Of a DNA stretch of 64,000 nt, positions 22,766-35,419 are shown in pieces; position 1 is the first letter of the stretch; the number at the start of each line of letters is the position of its first letter. The notes beneath the pieces are model-generated. The model ran no database searches, was not told the origin of the DNA, and was given only the letters and a program-made list of their open reading frames with translations. The stretch comes from Azolla caroliniana. Taxonomy: Eukaryota; Plantae; Polypodiophyta. The translations under genes were made by a program, and so were the position numbers. Location of the stretch: the NCBI GenBank assembly GCA_043228905.1, contig JBHGNT010000012.1, positions 5,456,001-5,520,000 on the forward strand. The letters are read 5' to 3'.

Positions 22766-22788
22766 CGGGATGGGTCCGACGTGCCAGG

Positions 22789-23196
22789 TGTTGTCCGCCG
22801 GAATAGTAACCGATGGACAAGAGCATAGGAATAAGAAATAAAATAAGATCATAACGCATGTAACGATTCACGCAGCAAGCGTGAACGGCTAGATAGACCC
22901 TGCGTATATAAAGGGCAGAAAACCTCGGATAGAGGGAGCGTGTAATTTTGGAATGTAAAGAAATGTATCATAATAGAATTCTATCTTCTCTGAACGTCTG
23001 TGTATAGCTCCGGCTAATCTACTGTGTGTCTGGAATACCTGAGCGTGTAAGAACGTAAGTGTAACCATTGCTAAGGAGTCGGTTGTAGCCGTCTCACTTA
23101 TACGCTAATAGGTTACAGGGAACATTCGTTGTTCCACAACCACTTGGAGGTCTAGGTCGAAGGACTGACCGCAGACCGTGTTCCTAATCGGTAACA
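22789..23196 (+). repeat. 3' LTR of Athila-like Gypsy
   Basis: Direct repeat of 673-1109. Confidence 0.95.
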
Positions 23197-24111
23197 CGGC
23201 AGCAGAGTCAAGAAGGACAGAGTCGACCGAAAGAAGAAGGCCAAGACCCGGACATGGTCCGATGTGGTGAAAGGCCTAGAACCAGAAGACGAATCGGGAG
23301 CAACCGATTCGGACAAGAGCTAGAATGAATCGGAGACAATCGATTCGGTTCAATAGATAGATTCGGAAGAGTCGAATCAATTCAAGGCCAAGAGGACGAG
23401 AAGGCAGCGAAAGTCGACGCCAACACAAAGGAATCGGCGAACCGGCACACGCCGAAGTCACAGCAGCAAGGGAGCTGAATTGGGCCTGTTGAGCAGACAA
23501 GCCGACCGAGGAGGTTGAGGTGCGCAAAACAAGAGGGGTCGTGGCAAACAGAACCGGACCGGACGAGGAGCACGAGCAAGGCGGAGTGACGCCAGAAGGA
23601 GCCGGGCAGAAGGACCGGTTGCCACAGACGTTGACACTACGACCGGACCTCAAGTTGAGCTTGAGGGGGAGTGTTGAGCAGCAAGCTCAATTGGAGCCGG
23701 ATCGGCTGGATAAGCCTGAGCCGGTGAGCGAGACGGATCGGTGAGCTGGTGAGCACCCGGAGATCAAAAGAGCCGGTGAGCTGGGGAGCCGGTTAGCCGG
23801 ATCCATCAGTAACCGAAGCCTAGTAGCAGCTAGACTACTAGGGAGTTATTACTCTCGTAGTTAGTGTCAGACACTCGAGTGAGCATTGAAGTACACCGTA
23901 CTTCTGTCAGTCTGTATGGACCTGTATAAAAGTGTTCGTTGAACACATACGATGTACAGAGCGTTGATATAATTTTCGAATAGAGATTCTTCTTCTCTCT
24001 ATCTCTCTCACTCATTGTCTCTCTCTCTCTCCCGCGTACTATTAAGCTCTGCATTAAACCTGTTCTCTGTTTTCTGTTTTTTATTGCTTCCGCACGCTCT
24101 CTTTTTTTACA
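23197..24111 (+). mobile_element. Copia A 3' region, PPT (23663-23671) and 3' LTR (23672-24111)
   Basis: Continues 1-672 across the TSD; gagggggag|TGTTGAG...TTTACA; Copia-B protease-region coding sequence starts immediately after 24111. Confidence 0.85.
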
Positions 24112-24549
24112 CTTCTCATCAAGAATGGATCCGAGAACTTCGAGAGCCAGACCGACCCGGCTATGTAGAAACCGGAGACGACACTGCGCATCCGATTCGA
24201 CCCATCGGCAATGTCCCATTCAGCAAAGAAGGTATTACCAAAATTTTATTAAAAATTTCTTGCATGTACCAACCATTATGAAGAATTTGGTCTCCGTCAG
24301 CCAAATTGTTTAGCAAGGGATGCAAATACCTGACTCATCGCTTTCGGACGAAGAGAGGACCGAATGTTCATTCTCGACTCGCACGAGATGAAATCGGCCA
24401 TTATTCGCAAAGGGCACAAAAGCCGATTCCAACATAGAGTTATGGCACAAGCGGATTGGCCATATCAACCTCCAAAAGCTCAAGGCAATGCAATCCAAAG
24501 GAGTCGTCATCGGGCTCTCAACATTCAAGGAGAAAGAGATTGAAGGCGT

Positions 24550-27500
24550 TGTCGAGTTGTTACGATCTTCGCGTACGGAAAGAGGCGGGACCGCGGGGGC
24601 CTTGAACCAAGGAGCAGGAGAAAGAAGAGAGGGAGGGAGAAGTCTTGCAGAAACACAAAGGGAGAAGGAGAGAACAAAGTCTTAATTACAAATCAAACGA
24701 TTACAACCAGCAAGCCGGCAACGGACCCAACTCAGGTGGACACACACACAATGCTCACACGCCAAGCACAAAAACGTGAAGGGAGAGCCTCTGATGGAGG
24801 CGCACGGGCTATCCACGAAGCAGAGGCGGCGATCTCCAAAACCCGTAGAGAATGACCACCGAAGGAGGAGAGAGAGAGCTCGGTACACGGTCCGACAGCA
24901 CTTCGTCCTCGCTAATCCACGATACCCCCATAGGCCGTCGAGGCAGGCCGTTGCACCCTCGTTTTCATCAAATTATTCTCTGTCCTATCGAACAGAGATA
25001 CTCGTTGATTCCCAAAACTTTCGATGCGTCACATCTAGTCTATTTACACCCACCGTCCTACTCCTAGTTATGTACAAGGTATTAATTGGTGTGGGAAAGT
25101 GTAGGGCCAGTTCATGCGCCCAGCTTCGCCGATTCCACTTTTGGCCGGTTTTCTTCACAACATCCACCCCCACCAAACTGCGCATCCACCGGTATGCGCC
25201 GAAGAGGGACAGATACCGGAGAAAACCGGCTCACGTTCACTCATCGCTCTCTGAATTATCAGCGTCCCCGAACCGATCGTCGTCGTTATCGCTCCCCCGC
25301 TCCGGCTCATCTTCGTACCGCTTCTTGAACACTTTAATCCGCTTCCCGGCTACCGGCACCGCCAATTGTGTCTCGTCGAGCTCCGCAAGATGGTACGTGT
25401 TGTTGCCATTTGTGCCCGAACCATCTCCTCACGAATTTGCGGGTCGCCTTGTGCTGGTTGTCGAGGCTGCTGTCGTAAACCAACACCCAGTCGCCTTCCT
25501 CAATCTTCTTCGGTTGTAGCTGGTGCGTCCAGTTGAACCGGGTTTTGTTTCATTCCCTTGTCGTGCGTAGCTTCTCCTTCGCCCGTTCCACGTCCTCTGA
25601 TCTCCGCTCAAGTTGTCGGATCCACGACGCCAACAACTCTTCCCAGCTCATTTCTTCCTTCCAGCCCACCGCAGCCCACGAAGAAATTGTCCGTTCCACC
25701 GGCATGATCGGTTTCTGCCCGTACATTAGTTCCACCGGCATGAACCATGTTACCGAATTGTGCGTAGTCCGGTCCGCCCACAACACATAGGGTAAGAGCC
25801 GCGGCTAGTTTCCGACTTGGCCCCCACACGCCCGTACTAACGCTTTGACGATTGGTCCGTGTCCGCGTTCCACCTTCCCGTTAGCCTACGGATTGTAAGC
25901 CATGGTGAGCGAGAGTTTAACCCCTAGCCGGTCAAACAGCTCTTCCGCCTCTTCCACGTCTAGTTCCCTGCAGTCGGCCACGATCTTGCCGACGCACCCA
26001 TACCGGCATACCACATCTTCGATTAGAAACTGGCACACGGCCGCAATCGTTTTGTTCTACAACGCTCGGCCTTCCACCTGGTTCGTCAAGTCTTCCCGAG
26101 CCAGCACCAAATACCACATTTGCCCTACCCCCATCGGCATCGTCACCAGATCCACCATCCACTTGAAGTGGACGGTCGGAGGGTACGTCGGGTGAAGCTC
26201 GTCTCGATGTCGGACTATGGAGTGCATCTGACAGCTTTCGCAAGTCGTTACAAACTGATGCACATCCCGATATAGTCCCGGCCACCAGTACTTCCCCTTC
26301 AGCTTCTCAAATGTGACCCATGTCCCGCGGTGTCCGGCCCAAGGACTCTCGTGGTACTCCATAAGCAACGCTTTCTGCTCGTCCTCCCTCGCCACTAAGC
26401 AGAGTGGGGTGTCGCGTCGCTTCTTCCGGTGCTTCCATATGCGCCCTTCCCGTAGGAAGAACCGGTACGCCTTCCTCCGCACCTGGCAGGCCTCTTCCCT
26501 CGTCCACGCCGCGTCCGGCGTCATTGTCCATAGGAACCTCCCGACTCGGAGCCACTGTCCGTCGTAATCACTCTCGTGGAACTTGTTTAGCGCCGGAGTG
26601 CTCCCCTTTCTTGTTGTAATGTTGGCTGACCCGAAGAAGTCCTCGCCGACTTCTTCGTTATCCGAAACCATATCGTCCTCGTCGTTAAACTGCGCCCTTG
26701 AAAGCATATCAGCCATGGCATTATCTTTCCCGGAGATGTGCCGTATCTCCGGGTTCAGGGACTTGATGTACGCGATCCACCTGAGCACCGCCAGGTCCGG
26801 AGTTGCGCATCCGAAGACCATACCCAGAATCGTGACGGGAACTAAACGCTCCTTATGCACAACGCTCGGCCACAACCAAGCTTAGAATCATACACAAAAA
26901 ACAAGAATGAATGCACGACACAGTGAAAAGAAGAGTACACAGGATGTTTACGTGGAAAACCCAAACTAGGGAAAAACCACGGCAACCCACAGGCTGCAAA
27001 CTATCACTATGTTACAGTGTACAATAGTAAAGCACCGAGGCAACAACCTTGAGCTTTCTATCTTCGCCACAGGCGGCGGTTACAACAGAGGCAACGACCT
27101 CTTCCTCTCTCTCTCTCTCTCTCTGTACACAGTTACGCGCTCTGATCTAGCACAAACAAGAATAACAACAACCTCTACATCACACACAATAAGTTTGCCC
27201 TAAGTCATATTTACACTAATATGACTTTTCGGCTATTTACAAATATAGTCTCGATGGACTATCAGAAACATATTTACGAATATGTCTCTTCATCCGGTGA
27301 GCACTCCTCACCGGGGTACTCCTCATCCGGTTCTCACCGGGTCTGCACCATCCGGCTCTCCGAAGCCGGGTACTCCTCATCCAGTTTCGGCCTCGGCCAA
27401 GTTTGCTCATCAGCACTGTTCATCTCCCTTCCCATCCGGAGGGACCTGTCTCCCAACAAATTGGTAGGCAGTCTATCTCGATGATCACTTCCGTCTCGAT

Positions 27501-30500
27501 CAGATAGTCCTTGTCGGCCTTGACTGCCGAAACGATACCCCATAGCTCGTGCTTAACTTGGGCGTATCCTCGCTGCCGCTCGCTCAATACCTTCGCCCCG
27601 AACCGGATCGGGAACCGTACGTCGTCCTTGTCCTCCTGACTGATCACCCACCCGATCCCAGTCGGGCTCGTGTCCACCATCACGTAGATGGGGACTTCCT
27701 TGCTGTAAACCGCTTTCCGGAGAGCCGATGCCGCGGCGAGCGCCTCCTTCAGTCTCCGGACCGACTCCATGTGCCCGTCTCTCCACTTGAATTTACACCC
27801 TTTCTTCAATAGCCCGTAGAGTTGTTCCGCAACATGTGCGTAGTGCGGAATCTAGATATGGTAGAACGCGTACGCACCCAAGAATCTGCGGACCTTCGTA
27901 ACCGACCCGCAGTCGTCCTTCATCACAGAGATGGCTTCTACCTTTGCTGGGGACGGTTTCCAGCCATAGGGCCCGCACAGGTGTCCGACTACCAGGATCT
28001 CCGTCTACCCGAACGTTGATTTCCCTCCGGAGAAGGTGAGTCGCGCGCTCTCGAGCCTTTGCAGCACCTTATCGCAGTCGTTGATGTGGTTCACGACGAA
28101 CCTCCAGCATCCGTCCGGCCCGACCATTTCGTCTGCATCCTCCACCGGACACCCTTTTATCGGTATGTCGTCTAGAAACGGCATAGTGATGTCCGGGATG
28201 CAGTCCCTCATCACCTTGTTCATTGCGCCACCGAATTCATTCCTCCTTGTGATAGGGTACACATCTGCACCAAGCCGAGAGGAGTCCACATTGTCGTGAT
28301 GTCCCTGCTCTCTACGGCTAGTTGGAATTGGTCGTACCCTGAGTATAAGTCACTGACCGAATAGATCGACCTCCTGGCGGAGGCCTCCGCGAACTCGTCT
28401 ATGGTCGACCCGATTCCTGCATTACGGATGGTCACCTTGTTGACCGGTTGCAGGTCCTATATAAAGCGCAATGTGTCGTTCTTCTTTGGCACCGTGAACC
28501 ACCGATTCGAGTATGGGGCACTCGACGGTTCGAGGATGCCCATATCCACCTTCTACTTCAGTAGCTCCATCAGCATCGGGATGTGAGCTATGGGCACCGA
28601 AATCAGCTTGAGATTCCACAGCACATGCGGTACCGTGAAGATCACCATTGGCTCGACGATTGTCGGGTCTACGCACCCGATCTCCTCCGGCGAGAATGCG
28701 AAGGCCTTCCCGTGACTTCCGAGAATCCTTCGAAACCAGTCCTCCACCTTCGGCAGTAGAAAGCCACCTCCACCAACCTTGAGCTCCCGCAGCGTTACAT
28801 CGGTGAACCATTGCCCTATGCCGACTGGATTCCGTAAACTTGGATCCGATGCGACCCCCTTTATCCACTCTCTGTTGCCCTCCGGCAAGGGTGCCGCAAC
28901 TGGCCTCACCTTCCGGTCCACAGTCTTGTGCTTCGTATCCATGCGGGCCATTCGATTCGACCCGATCCTCTCCCCGAAGTACGCGATGACTTCTACATTC
29001 CCATCGAGCTAACCGGAACGGTTTGGTCTTCGCTAAGGCCTTTACCGACCACCTCTCGTAATTCGCCCAAGGTGTCATCAAAAGAGACCGCCTCCACGGC
29101 GCCGCTAATTTCTTCGTCGGGGGAGAGGACTCCACACTCCCTAAGTCGTCTCTCCGCCCGCTTCCTCTCCTGGCTACTGATGCCGGTTAGTGTCGACCTC
29201 CATTTTCGGAGAACCAAAATTTCCTACCTATAATACATGTGTGGGGTTCTTTTGGGGTCTCCGGACTATCGCGGCCCCACGCCTTCATAGCCCTCTCTAA
29301 AAATCCCCTCGGTTGTCGGTGCCGAGGGTCTCACAGTTTCGCTCGTGGTTGGGTCGCACTGTCATGAATTGTACGGAATGCCGACCGTCTTGGCTCTTGA
29401 CGCGCGCATACACCGAACCATTGTTCAGTACTTTCGTCTCCATGCATGTTGCCGTAATGTACAGTTTGCCAAGAATTACCGGGTGCGAGGAAGTCTCCTG
29501 CACGAAGAAATGTTGATCTATCTCAACGTCGTTGATCTTCACGCGTACATTCGGGCACACACCATGCAGCTCCTCTGTAGCGCGCGTCGCCGCGCGTATC
29601 TTCCACCCGTGCTTGGTGTTGATCGGCCATTTCCCCTTTTTATAGAAGTCCATGGACATCAGGTTGATCTCCAAACCGTGGTCTACTAATGCCACCACCG
29701 GCTCCTGGACGTCGTCGATCCGAAGAGGGGTTTCCGTAGTGGCCCTAGCCCAATGCGGTTTCGCGTAGTGGCTTTCCGCCAACTCATCCTCTAGGGCCGT
29801 GTCTTCTAAGTGCGTCATCCACACTTCCATCGGCCTCTCCGGTTCCGGCTCCGTCGAGAGCCTCTTCCGCTTCACCAAGTCCACGATGGAGTCGTGGAAC
29901 TCCTTCTTGGCGATTCCCAGCACCTCTCATAACGACATCTCAACCTTGCTATCAAGAATTATCTCTTCCAGGACCTTCCGCAAGTCCGTTGTATGTTCGA
30001 TTTCAGTGCTCAGCCGGAAATCGGCCTGCTTCTTCTTCTCCGATGCGCCGGTGTTGGCAGCCTCATTCGGCTTCGGTCCGAACCGGGTCTAGTACCGCTG
30101 CGAGGGGCCACCCCCCCGGGCCTTTCCCACGCGTTTGTCTTCTACCAGAACCTCGTAGTTCTAGCATGCAGCTGCCACGAAGCCAGTCTTTTCTTCCACT
30201 GGGTCGTCCTATCCAGTGACCTCCCGAATCCGCTGTTCCGCGCGGTCTGCCTCTTCCTTCTTCAGTCGTACTCCGGAGAGACCCTCTAGCACCAGCGGCC
30301 AAAATCTAGAGTCCTTCGCTTTCCGGGCCTCATCACCCCCGACCCAGATTCCCGCCGACGTCGAGTAGTTAACGGCCTCTGCATGTCGTGTTGTGGCCTC
30401 TTCCATCAACCGCTTCATTCCGCCACGCCCTATATTCAACTCTAGGACTTTCCAGGTCTCGCTCGTGTGCACCTGCCCGTTCCAGAGGTACACCATGTTG

Positions 30501-32100
30501 GTCCCGAGTGCCTCGGCGAAATCCGCGCACTCTTTCCGGATGTGGCCAACCGTGTCGCACCACATGCACCGCTACCCCGGCGGTGGCCTTTGGTCACGAG
30601 ATTGTTCGCCGCTGTCCCTCCGAGCCTGTGCGATTTGGAGATCTCGCACCATCTGCGACAGCTCTTCTAGAGCCGCGCCTCCAGAGGGACCTTTGACCAC
30701 TCCGCTCGGGGCTGAGCCCGTCTCAAGCCAACTCCGATTTTCTTCCTTCCTAGCCAGTACCGACACCAGCTCCTTGAGCTCCCTCGCCGGGACCGGCCTT
30801 GCCGCCGACAAGCCCTCGTCGCTCCACTCGCACCGCTTGTCGAAACGACCGCAGACCCTCCTTACCATGGCCAAGTTTGCCGTGAGCCCTTCATCCGTTT
30901 CCAACAGGAGACCCACATTCTCCCAATCCATAGCGTCCACCGACTTGACAAATAGTAGTACCCGGCTTGTGTCAAGCACGGTCCGGTCCAGCGTTGACAG
31001 CCGTGCGAACCGTTTCTCGAACTCCTGGAGGAACGCTGACGCGTTCCTCCCCTTTCCAGGGCTCTCAACCCATGCCATGAAGTCCCGCTTCGACACCGGA
31101 AGCGAGTCATCGAACCCATACATCTCAAGGAGCCACAGCTCGAACTCCTCCCAAGTCTGGCATCCGGCCAGTGCCTCAAGAACCTCTGCGTGGATGCTCG
31201 GCGTCACCACCCGAGGGAATCCGGACAGTCGCCTGTCCACCGAGATATCCCTCATGATCATTTCGGCCCGGTAGGCCTCCAAGTAGCTCGTGGCATTCTT
31301 CCCACCGAATCGACCTATGGGGTCGACGATCAACTCAATGGCCCTGTCGAGGGCACCCGTTCCCTCACGAGCGCTCATTAGCCGGTCGACGGCTACGGCC
31401 ATAGCTTCAGCAAGCTCGGATCCCCTCATCCTTCACTCCTTTGCCGCTTGTTTCACGTTGGGTTCACCAAATATGTCGAGTTGTTACGCTCTTCGCGTGC
31501 GGAAAGAGGCGGGACCGCGAGGGCCTTGAACCAATGAGCGGGAGAAAGAAGAGAGAGAGGGAGAAGTCTTGCAGAAACACAAAGGGAGAAGGAGAGAACA
31601 AAGTCTTAATTACAAATCAAATGATTACAACCGGCAAGCCGGTAACGGACCCAACTCAGGTGGACACACACACACACACACACACACAATGCTCACACGC
31701 CACGCATAGAAACGTGAAGGGAGAGCCTCTGATGGAGGCGCACGGGCTATCCACGAAGCAGAGGCAGCGATCTCCAAAAACCGCAGAGAATGACCACCGA
31801 AGGAGGAGAGAGAGAGCTCGGTACACGGTTCGGCGGCACTTCGTCCTTCCTAATCCACGATACCCCCATAGGCCGTCGAGGCAGGCCGTTGCACCCTCGT
31901 TTTCATCAAATTATTCTCTGTCCTTTCGGACAGAGATACTCGTTGATTCCCAAGACTTGCAATGCGTCACATCTAGTCTATTTACACCCACCGTCCTACT
32001 CCTAGTTATGTACAAGGTATTAATTGGTGTGGGAAAGTGTAGGGCCAGTTCATGCGCCTTGCTTCGCCAATTCCGCTTCTGGCCGGTTTTCTTCACGACA
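24550..32100 (-). mobile_element. Older, degenerate Trp-primed Gypsy (copy 2; sister subfamily of 3007-10083)
   Basis: LTRs 31474-32100 (5') and 24550-25162 (3'); 4-bp TSD gcgt at 24546-24549 and 32101-32104; PBS tggtgaacccaacgtga 31469-31453; gag-PR 31429-29297 and RT-RH-IN ~29300-25240 with many stops and frameshifts. Confidence 0.95.
26833..27458 (-). mobile_element. Solo LTR, same family as 16521-17276
   Basis: TGTTGGGA...TCCCGTCA on the minus strand; TSD aatcg/aattg; splits the host RH motif DCLPI|LGM. Confidence 0.9.
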
Positions 32101-35100
32101 GCGTGTGTGCCGCTTGCCAATTCGGCAAGCAACATCGGCACCCATTTCCAAAGGAGCAGAACGTGAGCAAAGGCGTACTTGACATAATTCATTCCGATGT
32201 ATGGGGTTCGGCTCAGACGGCTACATTCGGTGGATGCCGATACAACGTGACCTTCATCGACGACTTCTCCAAGCACACCTGGATCTACCCCATGCGGCAA
32301 AAGAGTGAAGTGTTCAGACACTTCCAAAATTTTAAGAATGAAGTCGGGAAAGCCACGGCCTGACATGTACGATGTCTTCGGTCGGATGGAGGCAAGGAGT
32401 ACTTCTCCAACGAATTTTCGACATTACTACGAAAAGAAAGAATACGGCGAGAGTTTTCGTGTCGACATACGCCACAACAAAACGGAGTCGTCGAACGAAA
32501 GAATCGGCACATCCTCGAAGTAGCATGGGCCATGATGAATGAAAAGCACCCGCCGAAGTCGTACTTGGCAGAAGCGGCTAACACGGTCGTATACCTCATC
32601 AATCGGTGTACAACATCGGGTGTGCACGAACTTACTCCGCACGGGAAGTTTTTCGGAAAGAAGCCAGACCTATCACATGTTCGGATATTCGTCTCCATTG
32701 CGTACATGCACATCCTCAACAAGAAGCATCAAAAGCTCGACCCGAAGTCGGAGAAATGTATCCTCGTAGGATACTCACTGGAGCAAAAGGGGTACAAGTG
32801 CTATAACTCCTCAACTTGAAAATCTCGAGTAAGTCGAGACGTCGTTTTCGACGAGTCCGCATCTTGGTACGCACCAGAGACAACTTCGACTCTGATTCCG
32901 CTCGACCTGGAATCCTCCAAACAAGAGATAGAAGATGAAGATCACCTTACGCACATGTTCAAAGGAAGCCTAATTACGACAAGGCATAGTGGGCCAGAAG
33001 AGCCCCCGAGCGATCAAAGCACATCTTAGTCGAGCTCGAAGCTGGAAAAAGGGAAGGCGAAAATGCCGGAGTATGAAGACGATCACTTCGACGGCAACGA
33101 ATCGAGTCACTCCCTCGATAGTGACTTCGAAGGCCTTGACATCCGGACAAATGGAGTGAAGAAAGCCTTAGAATCCGCAAACAAGAAGCTCTGCCGATCC
33201 ACCCGTGAAAAGAACTTCGTAAGCCGATTCGGCTACGATGAGTACATTGCGTACCATTACACATTTATGATGAGGGTGGCAATAGTACGGGAGCCGGAAG
33301 CCTTTTCCGAAGCCGCTAAGTACCCACAATGGATCGAAGCAATGAACGAGGAGATGCGTGCACTACGCAAGAACGAGACATGGGATCTCGTTCCCCACTC
33401 ACCGCACAAGAAGGCAATTGGTTGTAGATGGATCTACAAGGTGAAGTATAATGCTGACGGCTCTGTAAACCGTTACAAAGCTCGACTCGTAGCGAAAGGA
33501 TACACACAGACGCATGGAGTCGACTACGAAGAGACATTTGCCCTGGTGGCAAAGATGATGACTGTGCGGATTGTGATTGCACTTGCGGCGGCGAAAGGGT
33601 GGCACCTCCATCAGATGGACGTAAAGAACGCCTTTCTTCAAGGCGAATTAGAAGATGTGCACATGGTTCAACCACTCGACTTCGAATCCAACATTCATCT
33701 AAAAGTCGTATGCCAACTCAAGAAGCCTCTCTACGGCCTCAAGCAAGCACCGCGTGCTTGGCATTCAAAGATTACGCAATATCTTCATCAAATCGGCTTT
33801 AGAATGTCGAAATCCGACAACTCCCTCTACGTATGAAACGACTCTAGAAGCCTGATTGTCATCATCCTATACATGGATGATCTAGTTATTGGAGGTGAGC
33901 ATTTGGTCAACATCAACAAGGTGAAATCCCTCCTCTCCAACAAATTCGAGATGACGGACATGAAGGAGCTTCATTACTTCCTAGGCATCGAAGTAATTCG
34001 GATTCCGACCGGCATTATGATCTCTCAACAACACTACATTCTCAACTTATTATACAAGTTCGGGATGACAGAGTGCAAATCTATGGCAACCCCTCTTGAT
34101 TGAAAGCTCTAACTAGATGTCGACTCCGACACAGACGAGTGTGAGCCGACTCAACATCGACAATTGATCAGGAGCCTCATCTATCTCATGATCACGATCA
34201 CACGACCCAACCTCAACTATCCGATCGGCCTCCTTAGCCATTTCGATTGCACTAAGCAAGTATTAAGATACGTGATTGGCACAATGGATTACGGCATCAT
34301 CTACGCATCGGCCACATCAATTCGACTCGAAGGGTACACGGATGCCGACTGAGCCGGCTACAGAGCTGATCGACGATCGACCTCTGGATTTGTCTTCTCG
34401 CTCGGTAGCAGAGCAATATCTTGGAGTAGTAAGAAGCGGCCTATCGTCGCACTTTCGAGTACGAAGGCCGAATACAGGGGCACAATCGTAGCTGCATGTG
34501 AAGCCGTATGGCTCAAGAGGATTTTGAAGGATCTAGGCATTCCCATCAAGGATTTGACTCCCATTTACTGCAATAACATGAGCAGCATATATCTGGCTCG
34601 GAACCCAGTGTTCCACGCACGCACAAAGCATATCGAAGAGCACTACCACTTTATTTGAGAGCGTGTTCAGGCCGGAGATGTTGATCTTCTACACATCAAC
34701 ACAAATCTTCAGACAACCGACATCTTCACCAAGGCCCTAGGAGCCGACAAGCTTCGGCAATTCATGTCAGACCTCAAATTGACAATCTCTGTCTTGCCAA
34801 GCTTGAGGGGGAGTACAAGCGAGAACCAGATACCATCCGAACCGGGTACGAGCCGAAGCGGAAATCGGAGATCGTCTGAACCGGATACCAGCCGAAGCAG
34901 ACATCAATCAAAAGGAACCGACCCGAGTTGACCTTGAAGGGGCGTGTTGAGAATCAAGCTCAACATAGTGCAACGTGTGAACACACCTTTTGAGAATCTA
35001 TGATTACTCAAAGGTCAACAGTCACACCACTACTCTCTACACATTAATTGTGTCATAGAATCATATTTTATGACACATAACTAATGAGTTACATATTCCC

Positions 35101-35419
35101 CATGACTATGAGTCTTCACATTCCCCAAGAGAGAGAGTGGTTGTTGTAGTTAGTTAATGAAGAGAGAGAGTGACTATATATAAAGCACCCTCCTCACACT
35201 TCATACTAAGTTGGTTGTGACTCCTTGTTATGCTACATTTTGCAAATCTCATTCTACTTGTGAAATATACACCTTCTTCTTGAGTATTCTATTTTCCTCT
35301 CATTTATTTATCTTGAGTTCTCTTTTCTTTCCTCTCTTTTTCTCTCACACATATACGCACATAACGCACATCTATTCCGCTGCACAAGAATCACCATCAA
35401 TTCTTTACAGGTCTTGCTT

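Larger units (their letters stand above)
673..23196 (+). mobile_element. Non-chromoviral Ty3/Gypsy (Athila/Phygy-like), degenerate, carrying three nested insertions
   Basis: LTRs 673-1109 and 22789-23196 (TGTT...AACA). Degenerate 5-bp TSD tggcg/cggca, consistent with ancestral cggcg. Order gag-PR-RT-RH-IN; RT GHEMYSFLDGFNGYNQ...VFLDDF; no chromodomain or second RNase H seen. Confidence 0.92.
24112..35409 (+). mobile_element. Degenerate Ty1/Copia element B (PR region to 3' LTR 34945-35409), interrupted by Gypsy copy 2
   Basis: SHQEW...VETGDD...LVSV, LWHKRIGH...IEG|VCAACQ (rejoins across 24550-32100), HSDVWG, RSDGG, YKARLVAKG, YMDDL, YTDAD, TDIFTKAL; PPT then TGTTGAG...TTTACA. Confidence 0.9.
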
